From Felis catus (Eukaryota): a stretch of DNA of 64,000 nt. The notes below the pieces were generated by a model that had not been told where the DNA came from, searched no databases, and worked only from the letters and a program-made list of their open reading frames with translations. The stretch covers positions 163,496,001 through 163,560,000 of the forward strand of contig NC_058368.1 of assembly GCF_018350175.1 (NCBI RefSeq). Reading direction: 5' to 3'. Below are positions 53,310 to 64,000 of this stretch, piece after piece. Position 1 is the first letter of the stretch. Every line of letters starts with the position of its first letter. The position numbers and the translations under genes are program-made.

Positions 53310-53549
53310 TAAAAAAAGTTACCACTAGACTTTCTAAGAATGCCATAACAGATTTTTAAAATAATTTACCTAAACATAAGTAATTTATCAAGACTTAAAG
53401 ATAGTGGAGTTATTTTGAGAGGTTGAGCATATACTTATTTACCTTATTTGTATGGTATCACTCAAGATTAAATAACTACCATAATGAAAATAGAGTGACT
53501 TTCAAGTAAAGCAGTAGGAGAAAATGCTTACCATATACCTTTTGTTTAG

Positions 53550-53657
53550 GAATCGAAGGATGAACAGTGGAAACGGGCTATGGATTACTTAAATGTTGTC
53601 AATGAACTCAATTATATGACTCAGATTGTTATCATGCTTTATGAGGATCCTAACAAG
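53550..53657 (+). CDS. PPIP5K2: PPIP5K2 exon 22, c.2530-2637 ([14 protein letters not shown]...MLYEDPNK)
   Basis: tgtttag| acceptor; AAG|GTAAAA donor. Confidence 0.96.
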
Positions 53658-53748
53658 GTAAAAAGAGTTCTTGATTTGGGTGTATTACCATAGGTAAATA
53701 AATAGCCTGACATTTCTCATTTTGAAAATGTTCTATAATATTTTTTAG

Positions 53749-53865
53749 GATCTTTCCTCAGAGGAACGCTTTCATGTTGAATTACATTTTAGTCCTGGAG
53801 CTAAAGGATGCGAAGAAGACAAAAATTTACCATCAGGCTATGGATATAGACCAGCTTCAAGAGAG
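53749..53865 (+). CDS. PPIP5K2: PPIP5K2 exon 23, c.2638-2754 ([17 protein letters not shown]...YRPASRE)
   Basis: tttttag| acceptor; GAG|GTAATA donor. Confidence 0.96.
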
Positions 53866-53899
53866 GTAATAAAGATGAAATTCTCAGGGCTTGGTTATA

Positions 53900-54263
53900 T
53901 ACTGTGAGATCATGACCTGAGCCGAAATCAGAAGTTGAAGACTTAACCAACTGAGCCACCCAGGCACCCTGGGAGGACAACATTTCTGAGCATACTAGAA
54001 TTTTATGTTTTATTTAGATTTTTTTGTATTTTTTTTCAAAATTTTTTTGATGTTATTCATTTTTGAGAGAGAGACAGTGACAGAGACAGAAACAGAGCTC
54101 GAGCTGGGTAGGGGCAGAGAGAGAGGGAGACACAGAATCCAAGCAGGCTCCAGGCTCTGAGCTGTTAACACAGAACCCAGTGTGGGGCTCGAACTCACAA
54201 GCCAGGAGATCATGATCTGAGCCCAAGTCTGACACTTAACCGACTGAGCCACCCCGGGGCCCC
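53900..54263 (-). mobile_element. CanSINE head fragment (~53900-53969) plus a full CanSINE (~54030-54263)
   Basis: Two reverse-complement heads ctgagccacccaggcaccc and ctgagccaccccggggcccc. Confidence 0.9.
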
Positions 54264-54839
54264 TAAACTTTTTGTATTTTTAAGGCCATTATTTACAATG
54301 CTTAACTATAGTTTTGGTTTGGGTTTTGGTTGTATTACTTGAGCACTGTTGCAGGGAGTATGGCCTGTCGCAAAAGATGAGTGCACAAATAAAGTGCAGT
54401 TAAGCAAAGGTCCTCATACTGGATGGAATGAGGCCCCAGGGCCCCCGACTCCAGAATGAAGCTTTTTGTTAGGATAATTGTGCATAAAGTCATCTAAGCA
54501 AGTATTAATTAATCTAATGGTTTAGCTTTTCAAGGTTGAATTTCGAGTTAATTGTTGCTATAACACTAGGAAGGGTCAGGTGTGAAGGAGGATCCAGCCC
54601 TGGACAATGTTAATGGCTCTAGGCTTAGGAGTCTAGCCAGCCTAGTTCAGGTATGTAAACATTTCCTAAGGCCTTGCACCTTCTCCAGCCTTTCCCTTTT
54701 GAAGTCTTTTCCTTTGATGCTTCTCTCCTGCATCTCCCACAGAGCACTATTGCATGGTAAACATTGTGCTAATAAGCACTTGGCACAAATTACTGTATTT
54801 TAATTCTTAGAGTAATCTTACAAAGTTAAATATATATTA

Positions 54840-56200
54840 AATTTAAAACTTTTTACTAAACTATAACTCATATTGATAAATCCAAAGTGTATAGCTTAAT
54901 GATGTATTGCAAAATGAACACAATTATAAAACAGCCAACCAGGTAATAGATAGAATAATATCATCATTCCAGAAGATCCAGTTGTGCCCCTCCCTGTCAT
55001 AGCCTCCCTGTCTTCTCCCCAAAGATACCTGTCAAGACAGTTAGCACCATGTTTTAATTATGCCTATTTTTGAACTTGTTATAAATGAAATCACAAAATA
55101 CATGCTTTTTTGGGGGTGTGGGGTGGGTTTTCTTTCATTATGTTAATGAGTTTCATCCATTCTGTTGTTTCTGTTGTCATATAGGATTACATGGCAACAA
55201 TAAATAGAAGTAAATATAGTGCAATGTGTTCATCTATTCCACTTTGATCATTTGTTTCCAGTTCAAGCTATGAAGATGAGTGCTTTCATGAACATTCTTG
55301 TACAAGTCTTTTGGTGAATATATGTACACATTTCTTTTGGATATACATCAAGGAGTAAACTTGCTAGGTCATAGGGTGTGCATATGTTCAGCTTGAGATA
55401 ATACAGTCAAATAGTTTTCTAAAGATACTGCCATCTTTGTCAGCCCCTGGTATGATATAGATACAGATATAGATATAGATATAGATATAGATATAGATAT
55501 AGATATAGATATAGATATAGACATAGATAAATAGATATTTTTTTTAATGTAGCCATTTTGAGGGATATGTAGTGATTTCTTGTCATGGTTTAAATTTACA
55601 TTATCCTCATGACCAGTAACGATTGGCACCTTTTCATATGTTTATTGGCCATTTGGATATGCTTTTATGAAGTGCTACTAGCTTGGACCAGTATGGTGTT
55701 GAATTGAAGTGTTGATACTAAACACTTAGACATTCTCAAGCTAAAGCAAAAAGCAATGTTGCAAAGAGATCTTTTTGGGATTTTGATTGAGATTACATAA
55801 ATTCTCCAGATCAATTTTGAGGGCAATAACACAGTATTTGAGGGCAATAACAAGGACTTGGTATATCTCTGAATTTATTTAGCTATTTTTATATCTTTTT
55901 GATACAATTAAGGGATTTTTTTCATGTGTTGTATCTTTGTCAGATTAGTTCCTAGTTCTTTGTATTTTTATGCTATCATAAGTGGTTTATTCAAATTCTC
56001 CTTTGTTTGTTATTGTCAAATTGAATTTTAACTCATTTTTATATGAAGATTTTATAACTAGCAGCCTCACCACATGCTATTATTCATTCTAGTAGTTTAT
56101 CCATAGAGTCATTTGGATTTCCTATGTATATGATCATATCTATTAATTGTGACAAATGTCCAGTACAGTGTTGAATAGATTTAGTAATGGTAGACACACT
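54840..56200 (-). mobile_element. Old L1 3' fragment
   Basis: gaacattcttgtacaagtcttttggtg; ttttcatatgtttattggccatttggatat. Confidence 0.7.
55454..55521. repeat. (GATATA)n hexamer microsatellite
   Basis: Direct reading. Confidence 0.95.
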
Positions 56201-56239
56201 AATATTTCAGTGATTTATTAACTGATGATTTGTCAAGAT

Positions 56240-56261
56240 CTTTTTTTTAATGTTTATTTAT

Positions 56262-56311
<50 letters not shown>

Positions 56312-56473
56312 AGCACGAGCAGGGGAGGGGCAGAGAGAGAGGGAGACACAGAATCCAAAGCAGGCTCCAGGCTCTGAGCTGTAAGCACAACCCCACGCAG
56401 GGCTCGAACTCATAAGCCGTTAGATCGTGACCTGAGCTAAAGTCAGATGCTCAACCACCTGAGCCACCCAGGC
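56240..56473 (-). mobile_element. CanSINE with (GA)n
   Basis: TSD ttgtcaagat. Confidence 0.92.
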
Positions 56474-57278
56474 TCAGTTGTCAAGATTTTAGATATCCCT
56501 TAACCAATGAAAGAAGTTCCTCTTCATTTCCTATACTCCTTAGTTTGATGAGGGGTTTTAGGTACTTCTGCTTGACTTCTTTTTGCTAATCTTATGTTTG
56601 TGAGATTCTTTGATATAATTATATTTACTTTTAGTCTGTTCATTGTTACTGCTTTACAATATGTGTTTTAGTGTTATGACTATGCCCCAATTTACTTTTT
56701 CTATTATAGATATATATTTGGTATAAAATTTTTTAATTTGTTTATCTTTTACCTGGGACTTTATCTTATTCATCTGTGTCCTGGCACACCCAGTAAATAT
56801 TTAGTAGGTCATCGCATGATTATTTATGTATGCAGTCATCACATGTGTTGGGAATATTTGGAACAGAATTTAAATATTCTGAAATTTATAAATTAAAATG
56901 CTGTTTTAGTTTGTGCTCATGCTGATGCCATTCCTATATAATAAAATTGATGTCTGTTATTACTGTCATTTGTTATTATTTCTTATTTATTTTGGCATTT
57001 GATAAAAATTAAGTACTTTGTTTTAGATGGCTTTATATTGTCATTTAGCTGTTTAATTTCTCTGTGGAGTATATGTTTTTATTAAAGTTGAGTACTCTGT
57101 CATCTGTCTCATGATACCTAGTATAGTACTAGGCTGTTGTAAAAATTCAATTAATATGGATTGATTTGAATAAACAAACTTGTATATGTACTTCAACTGA
57201 CTTCACCAACTGGTGGTTGAATTCGTTCATCAGAAGAGAATTTATCTGAATTTTATATGTTGTATTCTTTGCCTACAG

Positions 57279-57446
57279 AATGAAGGCAGGAGATCTTTTA
57301 AAATTGATAATGATGAGGAACCACATACTTCTAAAAAAGATGAGGTTGATCGTGCTGTGATACTGTTCAAACCAATGGTATCAGAGCCAATTCATATACA
57401 CAGGAAGTCTCCACTTCCAAGATCTAGGAAGATGGCTACAAATGAA
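57279..57446 (+). CDS. PPIP5K2: PPIP5K2 exon 24, c.2755-2922 ([12 protein letters not shown]...RKMATNE)
   Basis: gcctacag| acceptor; GAA|GTAAGT donor; start of the low-complexity C-terminal region. Confidence 0.95.
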
Positions 57447-59739
57447 GTAAGTATATGTGTCAGAGCATGTTTTCATTAAATAAACTAACTATATTTTAAT
57501 AAACCAGAAAAGAAAATACAGCTTTAATTATGGAACTTGGGACCCTGACAGATTTTTTTATTTTTATCTTTGCCTATATTTCTAATAAATATTTTAAAAA
57601 TATAGAGGCCATTAAAAAAGAGATTAGTTTTAAGAATCTGGAGCTCTATGTATAGTTTTTGTAACCAAGTTGAACAGATATGGTAAAATAAGACCTTTCC
57701 AAGAGCGGATCTATTTTTTTTTTTTGTCCTGTCACTTTAGGTTATTCTAATAAAGAACTTTTTTAAGAGTTTGATGTAATGAGCAGAGAATAGTTTTTGT
57801 CTGAAAGGAGAGAGGTATTGCCAGAAATGCTTCAACAACAACTGATTCCAGTGACACTGTAATAAAGATATGAACTTCTAAAATGTCAGCCTGATTGCAA
57901 AAACCAGTATAGGAATTTGAAAATTTGAAGAGATAGTTGAAAGTTTACCTTTGTCTACAATTAAATAAAGCTAGTTCTTATGTTCTCTAATAGAATAACA
58001 CTTAAATAACTACTAAAAGAAGACTTAAGAGGAAAGTTGAAGAGTTGGATTTAGCTAGTTAAGTAAATATTTAACACCTGTATATATTTTTATATTTTAA
58101 ATACCTTAATTTTGGGTTATCTGTGTTCTCAGTAGCATGATTCTCCCCAGCAACGATTGAGATTAGTGCTTATAAATGTTGTCTAAATGCTAAAGTAAAA
58201 GCATAGAGCAAGATTGTAAGATAGAAACAACCATAAACTTTTAATTAGAAAAATATTTTTTGTTGATACTTAAACATGCCAAGACTTAAGAGTTAGGTAT
58301 AACATTTATTTAGCAGTTGTTGAGTCAGAATATAAACAACAAAAAAGAATTATGCTCGTTTCTATAGCCTCAAATTATGCAAACATAAGTGCTTTAGGAT
58401 TCTCAAATTTCAAATATATCTGTGACCCAGTTGGGCAAGTATGAATAGGAAAAACATCCATCAGTAAAATAGATTGTTATAATTTTATAATAAAAATTGT
58501 GTACTAGTTAGGATTTCTATGATATTCTAAGTTAATTATGAAAGAGGATGACTAACAACTGTAGAATTTGGGATTATGTTCTACTATACTTAATTTAAAA
58601 ATGAGAAACCTGGGGTTATGTTCAGGTATCTTTAATTAAAAAAAATCGGGAAATGACATATTAATATAACCTAAACTACCATTTGTGTGAGGGCAGTGAT
58701 TTTGATGTTGTTGAGTAAGAGCAATCTGCAAATTAATCAGATTGTTCAAAATTTCACCATTAAACCTTCTCCTGCACTCCAAAAACGTTATAACACTGAT
58801 AGAGCCAAATGTGTTGGGAGTCCATTTTGCAACACATTTATGTTTATAAAATCTTCAACAAAATTACTGCCCTTTGTTAATTCTTAAGACGCAGAACACA
58901 TTTATAAACCTTTTTCTCATACTTAAATAGTTGCTTTCAAGAGATTATTTCTATGCCATGCTAAACTTTTACTTCCATAAGGTAAATAATTCAAGTAAAA
59001 CCTTGAAGACTTTTTCCAGCGTCCACCATCTCCATGGATATCAGAAGTTTGTACTTCCAAAAGACACACAGAGAGAAAGACTATTCTCTTCATTTTGTGC
59101 AAGTAGATTTTACTCTGTCCTCACTGTCTGAAACCTGAACATGCAAACATGTAAATGAGAATGTTTGCTGCATGTTTTGCCTATTGAACTCTATGAATAA
59201 TCTTTGGAGGGGGTAAACAAATAAATAACTTGAAAGTGGAAACAAGTGCAGTTTGAATCCATCTTACCTCTTTTTTTTTTTTTTTTTTTTTTTTTAATAT
59301 GGCTGGCAGACAGGTTTTCTTTTCTACCTTACATACATTGAAATCTCTTTAACCCTTTGCACAATTCTTTAGTGCTTTGGGTTAAAAGGTTAGTATAGCA
59401 CAAAACGTCTTTAATATCTCAAATTAAACAATACTTTCATATTTTATAAGTTGCTAAGACAGAAAATTGTTAAATCTTTCCAGTTTTAAGAGACAAGGAA
59501 CAACTATTAAGCAGTATAGATATTTTGTATATTTAAGATAATAAGGTAATTCTTACAGTTGTTGTCACATGCAATTAGATTTGTAAGCCATTCCTGTCAG
59601 TTTCTCAAATATTTGAATTATTTGGCTCCCAAATTACTGTTTAATAGTTTCTTAAAAATTGTTAAACAAATGCAAACAAACTGTATTTTTTTTTCTTTCT
59701 GATCATTTGGCTCTGTTGTATCTAACTTTGCATGCTCTG

Positions 59740-59740
<1 letters not shown>

Positions 59741-59783
<43 letters not shown>
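59741..59783 (+). repeat. T43 homopolymer in the exon 25 polypyrimidine tract
   Basis: Direct reading; homopolymer length may be assembly-dependent. Confidence 0.93.
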
Positions 59784-59785
<2 letters not shown>

Positions 59786-59802
59786 CCCTTTCTCACTTCC
59801 AG

Positions 59803-59976
59803 GAAGAGAGCCCCCTGAGTGTGTCTAGCCCAGAGGGTACTGGTACCTGGCTGCATTATACCAGTGGTGTGGGTACTGGGCGTCGAAGACGCAGATCAGG
59901 GGAACAAATCACTTCTTCCCCTGTCTCCCCCAAATCATTGGCTTTCACATCCAGTATTTTTGGCTCATGGCAACAG
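59803..59976 (+). CDS. PPIP5K2: PPIP5K2 exon 25, c.2923-3096 (EESPLSVSS...GRRRRRSGE...GSWQQ); likely cassette exon
   Basis: cttccag| acceptor after a T43 tract; weak donor CAG|GTTTTT; 174 nt, phase 0-0. Confidence 0.93.
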
Positions 59977-61260
59977 GTTTTTAAACTTTACTTCATTAAA
60001 ATTTTCTACCTGCATTCAGAGCAACAAATAGCTGTCTTTGAGGACATCTAATCCCTTATATTTAACATCAGAGTAAATCCTTCTGTATTTTAATTTTTAA
60101 TTTTCAAATGCTTGTGATATCTGACAATATTTGAGGGAAAGAAACCACTTACCTTGCATGTGTTTAGGATTTTTACTGGGAGGGTTTTAAATATCCAGGA
60201 CTAACAAGTTAATAAGTTTTATACTCCTGGAACTTTTAGTGTTAATAAAAAAATTTTTTTAAAGGAGAGAAATCATTTTTTTGGCATAGTTGTCCTTTAA
60301 AACATTTAGAAACAAAATTACATAATTTGATAAGAAAATTCAGTAACCATTTCCCCCATAATTGAAATATTAGACTCCATTTGGAATTTGCTGAGAGTTT
60401 GAACATTTTTTAAAATCCAAGATTTACATGGTCCTGTGTTAATTAGCAGGGCTTATGTAATACTGATTGTTCTCTCCCTCACTATTGCATTATCTGGAAG
60501 TATCTAATTTAAGGGATATATACAGCGTGGGGTTTAGTTGTGTAATATTTTAATGCTCTCTTTATGAGAGGGTATAATGTATAGGTGCCCATTAATAATG
60601 TGGGCCAAAGTTAAATGATTTCAGAAGGACTTTCTGTGATGACATTTGGAAATTTAAAATACTAGGGTTTGGGGGTTTGTTTTGTTTTATAGTCGAAGGT
60701 TTTACACTTCCATGCTGTTACACATGACTTTTTTGAGAATTTCAGCAATTTCCTTTTGGAAGTATAATGCATTTGATTATAGGAAAAGGGATTATGGTAT
60801 CCATTAAGGCTGTGAATATTTAAAGGTTACTCTGATAAAGCCCGTGCATGGATCAGTAATTGTATGGTGACCTCAACAGTCTCTGTCTGTCTTTTCTTTT
60901 GTTTGTGATTGTTTTTTCCCCCCTTCAAATACAGGAGCTGTTTAAAAGTGGGCATTTGGCTTCTTTTAAGAGAGAGTGAAATTTTATCAATCTATTAATT
61001 GTTTCTTTTCATCTGTCTTGTTTCATACATGATATTTCATTCTGAATGCCTGCTTTGCACCACTTCATTGCAAGGACTTCATATGAAATGGACTCCCTTC
61101 AGAAGGGGATCTTGCATGATCTTTCATGTTTCATGTATTTCTACTAATATTTATCATACAGCTTATTAACCTTTGTCTGTCTGGAACAGGCTGCAAATGA
61201 AGTATGGACTTTAAATTGATTTTACTGTTTTACCTCATTTATTTTGCTTTCCTTGTGCAG

Positions 61261-61333
61261 GTTGTATCTGAAAATGCTAATTATCTGCGAACACCAAGAA
61301 CTCTGGTGGAACAGAAGCAGAACCCTACTGTAG
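61261..61333 (+). CDS. PPIP5K2: PPIP5K2 exon 26, c.3097-3169 ([25 protein letters not shown])
   Basis: ttgtgcag| acceptor; TAG|GTATGT donor. Confidence 0.94.
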
Positions 61334-61742
61334 GTATGTGGTCTAAAGGAAATTGAATTCCAGACCTTCAACTCCCTATTTTGCACACATGTAAAACTAA
61401 CTCTTCAGTGACGAAAGCATGACCAAATGCTATGCTTTATTTTTATTTAACATACACTAATTCAAAAATGTTGAGTTGTACAACTCAAAGTATACAATAA
61501 AGTTTTGATAAAATGAACAAGAAATAGCATTTAATTTTGATGTATAATTTTTTTTAAATGTCCATAATGTAAACTGCTTAGTCCAATTGCCAATGCTAGT
61601 TTTTAGTCTTGTATTCTATAAATTAAAATCCCAAAATGCTTTAATTTAGGAAGGAACTTCATTTTTCCCACTTGATAAAATTGTGAATACGCTATTGCAT
61701 ACAAACAGAACCTTCTACTTTTCTGATTAAAAAAAAAAATTA

Positions 61743-61893
61743 GGGGGGGTGCCTGGGTGGCTCAGTGGATTAAGCATCCAACTCTTGATCTCAGCTCAGG
61801 TCTTGATCTCAGGGTCATGAGTTCAAGCCCCGCGTTGGGCTCTGTGCTATTGTGAAGCCTACTTTAAAAAATTGTTGTTGTTGTTGTTGTTGT
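61743..61893 (+). mobile_element. Short CanSINE followed by (GTT)n
   Basis: gtgcctgggtggctcagtggattaagc head. Confidence 0.8.
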
Positions 61894-63042
61894 TTTTAAG
61901 TTACTTAGTAAAGAGTGTTTTAAACCCTTTCTTGGTGTATTAATTTTCCTTTTGACTATTTCCTAAGAGAAACCAAAGCAAAACTAATGCACAGAGATAG
62001 TTGTTACTCTTTCTTGACCTATAGAACATAATTGGTTCTTTGCAAATAATGTTGCAAAGCAACATCGAGAAAGATCTTGCTAAACTTACAGGTTTTAAGC
62101 TCATTGTTGGTAAACTATATGAGGTAATGGCATAGTATTTTCTGTAAGTAGTTGTCTAAATAGGTTTAATAAAAGCATAAATAAGTAATTTTCAACTATA
62201 TATGTACTTTGCTCTGTATACTAAGTATATGAACTGCTTGTTGATGCCTACTTACTTGAAGATCTTTAGTTAATTACGTATAGCTTGTGTTGGTAACTTA
62301 ATATTCCCACATGATCTTCCTTTATGTATCAAAATGTATTTGATAGAAATTTATTTAATCTTCACCTAGTGGTAAAAGTTTTACTTGGGTGTGAAGACTT
62401 TGACTACAAACTAAGCATCAGTTGTATTGGCTGTGTTTTATTTGCTGATAATGTGTTTCATAGGGTCTTATTAATTAAGATCTTAAGTCATTCAAGTATT
62501 AGAAGTGTAAGATGATTTAGGCCTGGATGACCTACAAGAAGTTGTTCTTACCTGGTCTTCTCACAAATTAGTAAGCTTTGTTTTATTTCATAACATATGT
62601 TGATGATTCTTAACTCAAGGGTATCAGAAAAAAGTCTTCATTTACAGACATACATTCAAAAATGCTGATCTATTGTGACTAGATCTGTGCGAAGAGAGAT
62701 TTCTTTATATGACCTGTTAATGCAAATTGACAGAATCCCTTATCAACCTAAATTAACTTCTATAGTAGTGTTTTTAATAGTTTTAAAATGTATATGTCTA
62801 ATTGTGTAGGCATATTATTTTCCTCAAAGACAACATTTTATACAGTGTTAAGTACCCTCATTTGTACATATGATAAATGGTGGTGGTGATTATATTAAAC
62901 TTGACATTACAAGCGAATTGTGAGCCTGTTCAAGGCACTGCCAGATAAGTGTGGTAAGAGCCATGTTATTGCATGCTGCATGAATTCCCAATGTGAATGG
63001 AAGAACACCCGTTGTGTATGTATTTTCTCTAACTCCCATCAG

Positions 63043-63162
63043 GGTCTCACTGTGCGGGCCTGTTTAGCACCTCGGTGCTCGGGGGTTCTTCAAGCGCACC
63101 TAACCTACAGGATTATGCTCGTACTCATCGTAAAAAGCTGACTTCTTCTGGCTGCATAGATG
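63043..63162 (+). CDS. PPIP5K2: PPIP5K2 exon 27, c.3170-3289 ([39 protein letters not shown])
   Basis: cccatcag| acceptor; ATG|GTATGT donor; 120 nt, phase 1-1. Confidence 0.94.
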
Positions 63163-64000
63163 GTATGTGCACACATGCACACACAGATTCATATCCACAC
63201 CCATGCACACACCCATGAGCATATAGTACTTCTCAAAGACAAGCCTAAGCCCACTGACTAACTCAAATGGAATCCTAGCACCCTTTGCCTAAATGACAAC
63301 CAGTGCTCTCTTATCCATAGCTTGGATTCATGTTTCATCAAAGAGTTAATTGTAGTTAGACATACAGTACTTATTCAATAAACAGTTTGTTCAAATGTGA
63401 AGTTTAGAGCTGCATTACATGTATTGGGTCTTTTAGATAGTTGATAAGCCATATTAGAAAGAATAAATCTTTCTTTGATCTTTTAAACTTTTGTTTATCA
63501 TTATCCCTTATTTTACTTACTGATATTAATAAAAATAAAATAAAGTGAATGGAATGTAGATAAGTAGAAGAAAATATACTTCTACACTTGGCAATATTTT
63601 TATAAAAACAAACATATGATGAGAATATTTTAGAATCCCTAGTTGGATAGCCTCTCACTGTTGTTAATGTACCTTAAGTTTTAATATTTGGACTATCCTT
63701 GGAGGCTTCTGGAAGCTTGTCCCTTCTATTAATAGGAGTGTTTATTACCCTTTGATTTATTTAAAACTTCTTTTCATATATCCACAAATTTACTTACGTC
63801 AGTAAAACATGGACTTAACAGAATTGCTGGCTCATCCTGCTTTTCTTTCTTTTGTGTATTTCATTAAACACTTTGCCTCTGTCCTCAAGCCATTTTACTT
63901 TTAACCAGTACCCTCTCTCATTCCCTTCTGCATGTCACCTAATTCTAACCTCCTTATATATTTGTTTTTTCCCTCTTTTTTTAAGTGTCCTTCTTTTGGT

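Larger units (their letters stand above)
8200..64000 (+). other. PPIP5K2: PPIP5K2 gene body (incomplete at 3' end; TSS approximate)
   Basis: 26 exons with AG/GT (one GC) boundaries splice in frame to a protein starting [17 protein letters not shown]. It contains an ATP-grasp kinase region (DVNGFSFVK), a histidine-phosphatase motif (RHGDRTP) and a penta-Arg motif. Confidence 0.98.

Noticed and set aside
1..64000. A wholly new gene or system (CRISPR-like array, nested gene, snoRNA/miRNA)
   Set aside because: Nothing supportable by eye. An Infernal/Rfam scan and a conservation track of the non-repeat introns (notably 58.5-64 kb) would be the decisive test.

Overview
Mammalian genomic DNA, almost certainly a felid: the introns carry many carnivore tRNA-derived CanSINEs, including young SINEC_Fc-like copies. 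The main feature is PPIP5K2 (diphosphoinositol pentakisphosphate kinase 2) on the + strand. I traced a probable non-coding exon 1 (~8.2-8.3 kb) and 26 consecutive coding exons (12076-63162). They splice in frame to c.1-3289 with no stops or frameshifts, and the gene continues past the window end. A CpG-island promoter at ~7.7-8.9 kb appears bidirectional, with a probable non-coding GIN1 exon 1 on the - strand; bases 1-7887 would then be GIN1 intron 1. The rest is intron with SINEs, L1/L2/MIR fragments, LTR and DNA-transposon remnants and microsatellites. I see no convincing novel gene or system. The most interesting signals are regulatory: four uORFs in the PPIP5K2 leader, an RBFOX/QKI motif-rich splicing region around the NLS-encoding exon, a short GC-AG intron, inverted SINEs flanking exons 22-23, and a SINE-L1 chimeric insertion within one target-site duplication (TSD). 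Exon numbers are mine (exon 1 = non-coding). Gene and repeat family names come from recognition, not database searches.
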